The notes: generated by a model not told the origin, from the letters alone. Positions 27,960 through 36,058 are shown, numbered from the stretch's first letter. The stretch: DNA of 64,000 nucleotides from Patescibacteria group bacterium (GCA_049318005.1 JBMOHE010000001.1:117995-181994), one strand, 5' to 3'. Program-made: numbers and translations.

Positions 27960-29195
27960 TTATACGCCCTGATTAAAGACCAGAGTGCTATTTTTATAGT
28001 TATAATCAAAAGCTGATTTAAATTTCTCTATTATCATGACATCATCAGTTAAAATAGCTGATTCATCATTGTAATAAGAGCCCGCCTTACTCCAGTTATT
28101 CGTTCCAAACAATATTTTACTATCGTCAACCATTAACATGTGGTAATGAAGAAATGGGTCAACTACGTTAATTATGTTGTTCGGCTGATTATTATTTATG
28201 CTGAGTGGGGTGCTAGAAGCATCCATTAAAATTTCTAGATTATCTAATTTTAATCTCTTCTTTTCATCGTTTAAATAAGAAAAAGCTGAACTTTTATTTA
28301 TAATATTAAATGAATCGCCAATAACAATGACTCTAACGCCAGCACTAGCTCGATTTATCAATTCAGCTGCTAAATTTCTATCTGTTAAGTCCCAAATCAT
28401 AATTTTTATGCTGTTTTTAGCCTCCTTAATCAACTTATAAAGACTATCGTTTATTCCCTCGTTATGACGGCCTGGACCAAATAAAACTGTATATTTAAAT
28501 TTTCCAGCTATAAGCTCTAGGTCCTTGGGATTATATGATTTATTATCCAGCTTCTTTATACCTGATTCTCCAAAGCTTAATCGATCAAATTCATGGCCAA
28601 AACTATTAACTAGCCAATGACTACCAGTTAAAAAAAGAAAACTCTGATCATACTCGTCCTGAATTTCGGTCCAATTATTAGAACCAAATATTAAGCGTTC
28701 ATTATTTTCTCCTCTATCTATCAGGGCAAATTTATGATGCATTAAAACAGAATAAGTAGTACTGGAGCTTCCCAGATCTAAGCGTTTTATGGCTAGAGGT
28801 AAATCAAGCCACAGAACATCATTGATCTCTTTTTTATGTAAATCGAAAATTAAAGTTACCTTTACTCCACGATCTACCGCCCTATACACAGCCTCTTTTA
28901 TGCTTTGCGATTTAAAAGAATAAACAGCGATTTCTAAACTCTTACTAGCCTTATCAATTTCCTTAATTATTAAAGGCGAGAATGAATTAGTGCTGGAGGC
29001 GTAATTAAAATATATGTTGCTTTCTACTGGCTCACTAGTTTTTACAATTTCCCCTAAATCATGACTCATAAATATACTACCCAATAGGTTATATGACTCC
29101 TTGGCCAGCCAAGCTAATAACAAGATACTAAAAACGATTACTATTAATATAATAGCTTTATTATGAACTATTTTTTTTAATTTTCTAAATTTCAT
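27960..29195 (-). CDS. Membrane-anchored phospholipase D superfamily (Nuc/cardiolipin-synthase-like) protein with two HKD-type domains
   Basis: N-terminal TM; IDKASKSLEIAVYSF; MHHKFALID...GSNNWT; second site LHYHMLMVD...GTNNWS...NDE; overlaps the upstream gene by 11 nt. Confidence 0.88.
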   Translation of the reverse strand: MKFRKLKKIVHNKAIILIVIVFSILLLAWLAKESYNLLGSIFMSHDLGEIVKTSEPVESNIYFNYASSTNSFSPLIIKEIDKASKSLEIAVYSFKSQSIKEAVYRAVDRGVKVTLIFDLHKKEINDVLWLDLPLAIKRLDLGSSSTTYSVLMHHKFALIDRGENNERLIFGSNNWTEIQDEYDQSFLFLTGSHWLVNSFGHEFDRLSFGESGIKKLDNKSYNPKDLELIAGKFKYTVLFGPGRHNEGINDSLYKLIKEAKNSIKIMIWDLTDRNLAAELINRASAGVRVIVIGDSFNIINKSSAFSYLNDEKKRLKLDNLEILMDASSTPLSINNNQPNNIINVVDPFLHYHMLMVDDSKILFGTNNWSKAGSYYNDESAILTDDVMIIEKFKSAFDYNYKNSTLVFNQGV

Positions 29196-30894
29196 AATAA
29201 TTATTATAATTTAGCAGATCGCGGCGCCCCTTAGAAAAAAAAACGAGTGAACTATCTTTGAGCTCCTTCTCCAAAAGAAGAAGCAAGGCGTCGATTGCGG
29301 GATCATTTAAATCGAGCCAATAATTATCAATAGTTATAAACTTCGGTTTTGTCTGAAGACAATGAGCAACTTGTAATAGTAAGCAACTTTTTGAATTAGT
29401 AATAAACTTATCAGCCCTTAAGCGCCAATCAGCTCTTTCAAAAAATATATCTTTCAATTCTTTATGGCTGTTAACTAAGTTTGAAATGCTTAGCAAGTCA
29501 TCGGTCTTAACTCTATCCTTTTCTTTCCCGGCCACTATTTCCAAAATACTGCGTCCACTTTTAAAGGCCGGGTCTATATAATATGAACCAGAATACGCTC
29601 TAAAAAAATCATTATAGTAAAAACGTTGCTTATCCGCTTTAATTATCCAAGCATGACGATTAAAATCACTTCGCCCGGCAAATAATTTTGCCAGTTTCGT
29701 CTTTCCGCTTAATCTATCGCCACTTATTAAATATCGAAATCCAACAATAAACTCAAATGATAAATTCTTATAATATTTAGACTTTTTATAAAGTTTTGTT
29801 TTTGAGCTTTGAAAAATTAAACTTTTAAACTTATGTTTTATTAACTTATTAAGGGGCCGTATGCCTTTAGGCGGTATGGACAAAATTAATCCGAATAGCA
29901 GCGGGACCGAATAGAGTCCAACTCGTAAACTTTCAAACAGTAAACGTGAGCAATAGATTATTAAAATTATCAATAAAAAGTTATTATCGGGACTAACGGA
30001 AAGAATTGCGCTTATCTCCTGTCTATAATAACTAATTAGCCAGCTAAAGAAAATAAATATAATAAACAAGATGCTTGATCCAAACTTCAACCATAGGTCA
30101 CGGCGAACTCTAAAATAAGAATCCAATTTTACCAAATTATTAAAATCGGACAGAGCCTGATTCTCTCGACGAAAAAATTTTGTAAACTGCCAATCTGATA
30201 ATGAAAAATCTACTAATTTAATAACTTGGGAATAAAAAGTAGTTTCTTTAATAACATATTTTTTTGCAATAAAAAAAGCGCTAATCATTACTAGAGCGCT
30301 CAATATTAAAGATAATATTAACCACCAAAGAAGCTTCGGTCCAAAAATAAAACACAGAATAATAAATATAAAAACTAGAAGAAGCCAACGGACGGAGCCG
30401 AGCAGGCAGTTTGTTAAGCCAGAAGAAAGCATCGGCAAATGGTATGATATTTTAGCAAGCAGTCTCCCCTTTTTTTCTAAATTATATTCGTCATTGGTTT
30501 GAGATAATAATGATTTAAACCAATTTTCGCGTAAATTATTAATTAAGCGAATAACGGCCGTTTTTTCTAACTTAATTGCCAGATAAGACACAACTAAATA
30601 TAAACTTGCCGCCCCTGCAATAACCAACAAGGTTACAATCAGACTTACTTTAGTAGTCGATATTGCTCCTGATTTAATATACTGATGGCTGATCAATATT
30701 AAAATTATTTCTAAAATTCCCTGCCCAAAAATAAGAGCTAAAGTAAAAAGAATTATTTTTTTTTCTTTTTTAAAAAATTTCAAAAGATAATTAATATGCT
30801 CCCGTAAAGGACGCAGGGATTGACGACTCCAGCGCTCGTCTCTCAATTCACGTAAAAATTTAATTTGTTCATCGGCCATATCCATAAATAACAT
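29185..30894 (-). CDS. ABC-exporter-like protein (6-TM domain plus degenerate nucleotide-binding domain)
   Basis: About 6 TM helices with LINNLRENWF coupling region; Walker A-like ISGDRLSGKT; Walker B-like KPKFITIDN; no LSGGQ; overlaps the RT stop. Confidence 0.75.
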   Translation of the reverse strand: MLFMDMADEQIKFLRELRDERWSRQSLRPLREHINYLLKFFKKEKKIILFTLALIFGQGILEIILILISHQYIKSGAISTTKVSLIVTLLVIAGAASLYLVVSYLAIKLEKTAVIRLINNLRENWFKSLLSQTNDEYNLEKKGRLLAKISYHLPMLSSGLTNCLLGSVRWLLLVFIFIILCFIFGPKLLWWLILSLILSALVMISAFFIAKKYVIKETTFYSQVIKLVDFSLSDWQFTKFFRRENQALSDFNNLVKLDSYFRVRRDLWLKFGSSILFIIFIFFSWLISYYRQEISAILSVSPDNNFLLIILIIYCSRLLFESLRVGLYSVPLLFGLILSIPPKGIRPLNKLIKHKFKSLIFQSSKTKLYKKSKYYKNLSFEFIVGFRYLISGDRLSGKTKLAKLFAGRSDFNRHAWIIKADKQRFYYNDFFRAYSGSYYIDPAFKSGRSILEIVAGKEKDRVKTDDLLSISNLVNSHKELKDIFFERADWRLRADKFITNSKSCLLLQVAHCLQTKPKFITIDNYWLDLNDPAIDALLLLLEKELKDSSLVFFSKGRRDLLNYNNYYEI

Positions 30895-32080
30895 TTAAAA
30901 AATATTTATAAACTGAAGAGAGATGCATGTTTTTAAGCTCTGTTTCTAAAAGTCTTCTATTTTTAGGCGTATAGGTTTTAAAAAAATATCGTGTTAATAT
31001 ATGAAAAAAATTTTCCGACAAAGCTCTTATTTGCTCCCCGTCATTTACTAATTTTTTTTGTTTAGCTATTTCACGAAAATCGACTAATAGATTATTATTA
31101 CTTTGAGATAATACTGACCGCAAATAGTTCTTTTTTCTCGCTAAACTTTTAAAATTATAATAATTAAACTGAGAACTCCAACGAAGTAAAGTGTGTTTTA
31201 AAAATCCCTTGTTTAAACTTACTAGCCCCGAGTCGAAACTATAACCGAGGTAATCAAATTTTTCTGCAGCGGTAATGTATTTCGTTTTACTAGAACTAAC
31301 CATGAGCCCTAATTTTTTTGTTTCAGAAATCAAGTAGTCATAAAGAATTTTTAAACGATCCTTATTCTTATCCATAATAATTAAATCATCACCAACGCGA
31401 CGATAAAAATCAGAATTTTTTCCACAATATTTATCAAATTCGTCTAAATAAAGATTGTTAAATAAGCCGATTAGGGGGGTGCCAGTAATTAGACCAAACT
31501 TCGGATTAATAATTTCTCCATCGCGAATAGCCTTTGGAGAAACGAATAATGACAAAAGCTTTACCATGGGCTCGCTAAAACCCATGTTTTTAATTTTATT
31601 TATTAATATATCAAACTGAATATAGGAGCTATAGTCGGCCATGTCAGAGACAATTAAAGAATCTCTTTTATAATATCTTTGATAATGGCGAACCGTACTT
31701 CGACCGGCAAAATAGCTCGGGTGAGATTTTCTATAAGAAAAAAGCCAAGGCGAAAAATAATTATCAAAATATGGTTCAACTATTTGATAAACTGCTTGCG
31801 CCTTGACTCTGTCTTTAAGATTATAAATATAAATTTCCCGCATCTTCCCGGGCTTATTCTTTTTGGGAATTCTAACTAAAATAGCCGGAGAAAGCGAAGT
31901 AAAATTTATAATTTCGCTCTGAACTTCTTTTATTAATTTAGCTGAACTGATCTCTAAATCACTAAATTTTAAATTATCCCAACCAGCATATCTTCCCAGG
32001 CGATTATCGCTTTCCATCTGCTCAATCAGATTTAAATAAGCTTTCTCTATATTTTTTTTATCAATTATTTCATTAAACAT
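30869..32080 (-). CDS. Reverse transcriptase, group II intron-like (non-intron), 403 aa
   Basis: RT0 (EIIDKKNIEKAY...AGWDN), IPKKNKPGKMREI..LKDRVKAQA, FSPWLFSYR, SDMADYSSYI, GLITGTPLIGLFNNLYLDEFD, YRRVGDDLII, GLMVSSSKT, FDYLGYSF. Confidence 0.92.
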   Translation of the reverse strand: MFNEIIDKKNIEKAYLNLIEQMESDNRLGRYAGWDNLKFSDLEISSAKLIKEVQSEIINFTSLSPAILVRIPKKNKPGKMREIYIYNLKDRVKAQAVYQIVEPYFDNYFSPWLFSYRKSHPSYFAGRSTVRHYQRYYKRDSLIVSDMADYSSYIQFDILINKIKNMGFSEPMVKLLSLFVSPKAIRDGEIINPKFGLITGTPLIGLFNNLYLDEFDKYCGKNSDFYRRVGDDLIIMDKNKDRLKILYDYLISETKKLGLMVSSSKTKYITAAEKFDYLGYSFDSGLVSLNKGFLKHTLLRWSSQFNYYNFKSLARKKNYLRSVLSQSNNNLLVDFREIAKQKKLVNDGEQIRALSENFFHILTRYFFKTYTPKNRRLLETELKNMHLSSVYKYFLNVIYGYGR

Positions 32081-32088
32081 AAATCGAG

Positions 32089-32386
32089 TTCCCTAGCTGC
32101 TACTTCTAGTCTGGCCGGACCTTAGCGGACGACCATTATTTATACAAAGAGTACGATTTAATCGCATGGCTCCGTAGAAATACGGAGCTGTGCAGCGCAT
32201 GGCTCTGTAGAAATACGGAGCTGTGCAGTAGAATTGTACATAATCAACCCATCAATTACTACCGACATTAGCGGCTTTTTTAGTAACAACCAATTGATTT
32301 TTAATGTCTCAAGGAGAATTAACTCTTTTGATTTTTAGAAGTAGCAACTAGGAAATTAGAAGTCTTACTTAACAAAATTACCCCAT
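32089..32386 (-). ncRNA. Putative RT-associated structured ncRNA (retron/DRT-like architecture)
   Basis: 20-bp terminal stem 32336-32355 with 32089-32108 (two G.U pairs, valid only on the - strand), internal hairpins and tandem repeat; ends 8 nt before the RT ATG. Confidence 0.75.
32163..32228. repeat. Two tandem 33-nt hairpin repeats
   Basis: CGCATGGCTC(C/T)GTAGAAATACGGAGCTGTGCAG x2, one mismatch between copies; each folds as a 13-bp stem with a GAAA loop on the + strand. Confidence 0.95.
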
Positions 32387-32392
32387 AAATAC

Positions 32393-32421
32393 ATTATATA
32401 TGTTTATTAGTAATTAGTAAA
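32393..32421 (-). promoter_or_regulatory. Sigma70 promoter for the ncRNA-RT operon
   Basis: On the - strand TTTACT-17 nt-TATAAT; predicted start near 32386. Confidence 0.6.
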
Positions 32422-32566
32422 CCAAGCTATTTCGTCAAGAAAGAAGTGAAAAATTAAGAATATAATAATTAGACGACAAAGGCAAAGTGTGCTGGAATAA
32501 AAAAAGTATACTGAAATAAATAATGCCACAGTCCGCCGGCGATGAGACTACTGCGAGACGAAAAAA

Positions 32567-32588
32567 AATCTTACTTTTTAGTAAGATT
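32567..32588. terminator. Intrinsic terminator after the NUDIX gene
   Basis: AATCTTACT-TTTT-AGTAAGATT with an A-tract on the left. Confidence 0.7.
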
Positions 32589-32598
32589 ATAAATTAAA

Positions 32599-33057
32599 TT
32601 ATAGCGGTTTATAATTAAACTCTTTGACAGTCAAACCATCGGCGCTAAGTTTAATTTCAGCTTCAATTTTTTCTCCTGCGAGTATAAGCGGCATCCACAT
32701 AGCATCATCTATCCACATTTCGTCAAATGGAAGATTGGCTATGGAGCGCCATTGAGGGCTCATCTCTTCGGTTTCAATAGGGTTCCCCTTCCAAACATAA
32801 AGTAAAAACACATAACAATCAAAAACATGATTTTCATCAAAGTAAAAATGAATTAAAGCAACTTGTTTAAGATTGTCTTCGCTAGTAATAAGGCCGGACT
32901 CCTCTTTAAGTTCACGGATAGTAGCCATCAAAGGGCTTTCATTCTCTTCGATTTTTCCCCCGTAACCATTTAATTTATCACAGCCGAAGCCACGCTTCTT
33001 TAATCCTAAAAGAATTTGTTCCTCGTTAATACAATAACAAAGAGTTGATTTTTCCAT
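32599..33057 (-). CDS. NUDIX hydrolase, 8-oxo-dGTP diphosphatase-like (MutT/MTH1)
   Basis: [24 protein letters not shown]...[25 protein letters not shown]; start moved to MEKST because the ORF-track start lies inside the tRNA. Confidence 0.9.
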   Translation of the reverse strand: MEKSTLCYCINEEQILLGLKKRGFGCDKLNGYGGKIEENESPLMATIRELKEESGLITSEDNLKQVALIHFYFDENHVFDCYVFLLYVWKGNPIETEEMSPQWRSIANLPFDEMWIDDAMWMPLILAGEKIEAEIKLSADGLTVKEFNYKPL

Positions 33058-33089
33058 ACTATTGCCTTTTATAATGTACAAAACAAGTG

Positions 33090-33174
33090 CGGAGAGACAG
33101 GGATTCGAACCCTGGGTACCTTTCGGTACACACACTTTCCAGGCGTGCGCACTAGACCGCTATGCGACCTCTCC
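33090..33174 (-). tRNA. tRNA-Ser (GGA)
   Basis: GGAGAGG acceptor, anticodon loop CTGGAAA, long variable arm GTACCGAAAGGTAC, GGTTCGAATCC T-loop, G discriminator; CCA not encoded. Confidence 0.96.
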
Positions 33175-33200
33175 AAAAGCGATTTATGGTCGCTTTGTTT

Positions 33201-33932
33201 TTATTTTTTTAATAACTCGGTAACAATAGTTTTCAAGCCCAAAATTTTGTCACCATTTGAATCTGTATAATCCTCATATGGACGAGCGCCCAAAATCATT
33301 TCTTTACCAATAAATATAGTTGGCGCACCAAGCACGCTATAAGTTTCTGCTTCAGAACTGAGCCCCTCTATTTTTGCGGATTTTTCATTATTAGTCAAGC
33401 AAGCATTAAGACTACTTTGGTCTAAATTAATCTGAGAAGCATATGAATTTAACTCCTCCAAATTTAAACCTTCATTCTTTGTTTTAGCAAGTAACAGTGC
33501 ACGCATTTCAATCCATTTGTTTTGATCACCGGCACATTCGATTGCTAAAGCAGCTTCTCTGCTAGCCGTTTCGTTTTTAGAAATATAGGGCCTGATAATA
33601 ACCGAAACGTCATTTTTATTTTCTGAATATATCCTATCTATGGTTTCGGCTAATTCGGCGCTATATAAGTTAGCGGCGTCTTCGTAAACAAATATTTTTA
33701 GTTTTGCATCTTTATCGCCAAATATTTTATCCCCCTCTTTAAAACTTGGGTATTTAACCGATGAATAAACCTGCGCCATCGCGCTTCCAATAGTAATTTT
33801 TTGAAACTTATTATTTTCTTCAATGTCAGAATTATTACTTCTGACTTTAAAAATAACCAATGCCAAAAATATCATCGATAGGACAAATACGATGATAATT
33901 AGAATGCTTTTTAAATTTTTAATGCTTTTCAT
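33201..33932 (-). CDS. Membrane-anchored DsbA/thioredoxin-fold protein lacking the CXXC motif
   Basis: [44 protein letters not shown]; AANLYS where CPxC is expected. Confidence 0.8.
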   Translation of the reverse strand: MKSIKNLKSILIIIVFVLSMIFLALVIFKVRSNNSDIEENNKFQKITIGSAMAQVYSSVKYPSFKEGDKIFGDKDAKLKIFVYEDAANLYSAELAETIDRIYSENKNDVSVIIRPYISKNETASREAALAIECAGDQNKWIEMRALLLAKTKNEGLNLEELNSYASQINLDQSSLNACLTNNEKSAKIEGLSSEAETYSVLGAPTIFIGKEMILGARPYEDYTDSNGDKILGLKTIVTELLKK

Positions 33933-33961
33933 AATCTTTTGATTATTTTATAAATAATTTA

Positions 33962-35425
33962 TTATTTCTCTAAAACCCCGGCGACTTTAAATATTGTTCC
34001 CTCTTCTAAGCGCGGGGCTATTAACTGTGCGCCAACTGGCATATCATTTCCTTCTCTTGTTTTAACTAGACCAATGGGAACAGACAGCGCCGGTAAACCA
34101 GCTAAAGATGCACCAGTCACGAAAATATCCTCCATGTACATAGCTAGCGGATCATTAATCTGCTCACCTATTTTAAAAGCTGAGTGAGGCGAGGTAGGAG
34201 TTAGTAATATATCAACTTTCTCAAATACTTTATTAAAATCATTAACAATTAAAGTTCTAACTGATTGAGCCTTTTTATAATAGGCGTCATAATAACCAGC
34301 ACTAAGAGCATAAGTTCCTAACATTATACGGCGCTTAACTTCTTGACCAAAACCAAGTCCACGATTTGTTTTATAAAAATCCTGAAGATCCTTCGCTTCA
34401 TTTTTTGCTAAGCCCCAACCTATACCATCAAAACGCGCTAAGTTAGAACTAATTTCAGAGGGCGTAATTATATAATAAACCGGTACTCCGTATTCAGTAT
34501 TAGGCAAAGATACTTTAACCATTTCGGCACCAAAATATTCTAATTTTTTAATAGTTTCTTCTAGGCGTAAGGATATTTCTTTATTCATTTCTTTCAAGAA
34601 ATATTCTTTTGGCAAGCCAACTTTAATCCCTTTTAAAGGATGCGGTCCGGCTACTTTTAGATTAACTGAGTTAATCTTTTCTTCATAAACTTCAACCGCT
34701 TCCGGCGAACTAGTCGCATCTAAATCATCACGACCAGCGATTACTTTTAAAACTAGGGCCGAATCATAAGCGTTTTTAGTTAAAGAGCCGATTACGTCGG
34801 TTGAGGAGGTCATAGAAAGTAAACCGAAACGCGACACGCGTCCATAGCCTGGTTTGAGGCCATAGATACCACAGAAGCTAGCTGGTTGGCGAATTGAACC
34901 ACCCGTATCAGAACCAATCGCAAAAATACACATATTAGAAACTAGCGCCGCGGCTGAACCGCCCGAAGACCCACCAGGAACTCGAGTTAAATCAAGCGGA
35001 TTCTTAGTCGCGCCATAGGCAGAATTTTCAGTTGAAGCACCATGGGCGAATTCATCCATATTAGTCTTGCCTAGTAATACTGCTCCCGCTTCTTTTAATT
35101 TTTTTATAATAGTCGCGTCATATGGTGCAATATAGTTTTCTAAAATTTTTGAAGCGGCCGTTGTTTTTATTCCTTTCGTCATTATATTGTCTTTGCAAAG
35201 ATAAGGAATACCAAGCAGGTCGCCGGTCTCTCCTGACTTGATTCTTTTATCCGCCTCTTTAGCATCAGAAACGGCCGAATCTTCACAAGCAGTTAGCACG
35301 GCGTTAATTTCTGGATTTAATTTTTTTATTTGCAAAAGACAGGCCTTAGCCAATTCTAAAGATGAGATTTCACCACTATCTAATTTTATACGCGCTTCTT
35401 TAATTGTAAGTTCATTTAAATTCAT
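33962..35425 (-). CDS. gatA: Asp/Glu-tRNA amidotransferase subunit A
   Basis: GKTNMDEFA, PGGSSGGSAAA, GSDTGGSIRQPA, SSNLARFDG, EVKRRIMLGTYALSAGYYDAYY. Confidence 0.97.
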   Translation of the reverse strand: MNLNELTIKEARIKLDSGEISSLELAKACLLQIKKLNPEINAVLTACEDSAVSDAKEADKRIKSGETGDLLGIPYLCKDNIMTKGIKTTAASKILENYIAPYDATIIKKLKEAGAVLLGKTNMDEFAHGASTENSAYGATKNPLDLTRVPGGSSGGSAAALVSNMCIFAIGSDTGGSIRQPASFCGIYGLKPGYGRVSRFGLLSMTSSTDVIGSLTKNAYDSALVLKVIAGRDDLDATSSPEAVEVYEEKINSVNLKVAGPHPLKGIKVGLPKEYFLKEMNKEISLRLEETIKKLEYFGAEMVKVSLPNTEYGVPVYYIITPSEISSNLARFDGIGWGLAKNEAKDLQDFYKTNRGLGFGQEVKRRIMLGTYALSAGYYDAYYKKAQSVRTLIVNDFNKVFEKVDILLTPTSPHSAFKIGEQINDPLAMYMEDIFVTGASLAGLPALSVPIGLVKTREGNDMPVGAQLIAPRLEEGTIFKVAGVLEK

Positions 35426-35509
35426 ATTCTATGGTCCCCTAATTTCATTAAATATTTATTTTTTATTTAAATTATTTTTATTGCTCTTAAGTTATAATAT
35501 TTTTTGCGT

Positions 35510-35577
35510 GGGCCCAGGAGCGGTCTCCAGACCAAAATTAGCACTTGGTTCCCGGGGTTCAACTCCCCGTGGGTCCA
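35510..35577 (+). ncRNA. Non-canonical tRNA-like cloverleaf RNA, copy 1
   Basis: Acceptor GGGCCCA/TGGGTCC+A (G3.U70), mini D-arm GGAG-CGGT-CTCC, arm GACCAA-AATTAGCAC-TTGGTT, T-arm CGGGG-TTCAACT-CCCCG; TATAAT at 35493. Confidence 0.7.
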
Positions 35578-35591
35578 CTAGCTTTTAAATC

Positions 35592-35619
35592 TTGACGATA
35601 AAAAAATATTTGTTATAAT
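35592..35619 (+). promoter_or_regulatory. Sigma70 promoter for small RNA 1
   Basis: TTGACG-16 nt-TATAAT with TG extension, no downstream + strand CDS. Confidence 0.75.
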
Positions 35620-35625
35620 TAATGT

Positions 35626-35692
35626 ACAAGTGCTAATTTTGGATCAGAGCCGTAACGGAACCAGAAGAATCTCCCTAATGGGGAGATTTTTT
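35626..35692 (+). ncRNA. Small RNA complementary to tRNA-like copy 1
   Basis: 35627-35642 is the perfect 16-nt reverse complement of 35532-35547; ends in terminator AATCTCCC/GGGAGATT plus T-run. Confidence 0.6.
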
Positions 35693-35695
35693 GTT

Positions 35696-35980
35696 TTACA
35701 AAACTCGCTTAACTTTTATCTGACCATTTTCAATGTCACTCTGACCTAAGGCCGCTTCAATTTCTTCTCTATTCCAATTAATAACTTCATCACTTCTTAG
35801 AACATCCGATAGCCCGCTAACTGAAGCTGTGATTTCAATATTCTTAGTATTAACTTCTTTGAGTTTTTCTACATAAGCTAAAATAGACCCAAGCTGATCG
35901 CCGAATTTTACTTCTTCTTGGGAACTTAAATCTAAACGGGCTAGTTCAGCAATATGTTTTATATCTTCTTGGCTTATCAT
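35696..35980 (-). CDS. gatC: Asp/Glu-tRNA amidotransferase subunit C
   Basis: ISQEDIKHIAELARL...ILAYVEKLKEVNT...LRSD...IKVKRVL; upstream of gatA. Confidence 0.95.
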   Translation of the reverse strand: MISQEDIKHIAELARLDLSSQEEVKFGDQLGSILAYVEKLKEVNTKNIEITASVSGLSDVLRSDEVINWNREEIEAALGQSDIENGQIKVKRVL

Positions 35981-36058
35981 ACTTTTCTAATATTTATGCG
36001 GGGTTTATTTTTTATTTAAATTTTCTTTATTAGCGACCTGTTATAATAACTTTACTGT

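Noticed and set aside
32163-32228. CRISPR array
   Set aside because: Only two directly abutting repeats, with no spacers and no cas genes.
30869-32400. Group II intron
   Set aside because: The RT stop overlaps the next CDS, leaving no room for domains V/VI. The upstream non-coding region is too short for the ribozyme, and the YADD motif and maturase/endonuclease features are absent.
32536-32564. Hammerhead ribozyme (GATGAG...CGAAA)
   Set aside because: The core reads GCGATGA rather than CTGATGA, and stems I-III cannot be formed convincingly.
30869-32600. Diversity-generating retroelement targeting the lectin-like fibre tips
   Set aside because: There is no Avd-like gene. I found no template repeat near the RT matching any gene 3' end in the window. 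The repeats shared between fibre genes differ mostly at synonymous, non-adenine-specific positions. A remote target outside the window cannot be excluded.
33058-33135. N-terminal 26 aa of the 178-aa NUDIX ORF
   Set aside because: It overlaps tRNA-Ser; the real start is more plausibly ATG at 33057.
26836-33174. Genomic island integrated at tRNA-Ser carrying the RT operon
   Set aside because: No integrase, and I found no duplicated tRNA 3' end (att site) by eye; proximity alone is insufficient.
35238-35588. 116-aa + strand ORF across the gatA start and tRNA-like copy 1
   Set aside because: It is an antisense shadow of gatA with no recognisable motifs; the RNA structure explains the sequence better.
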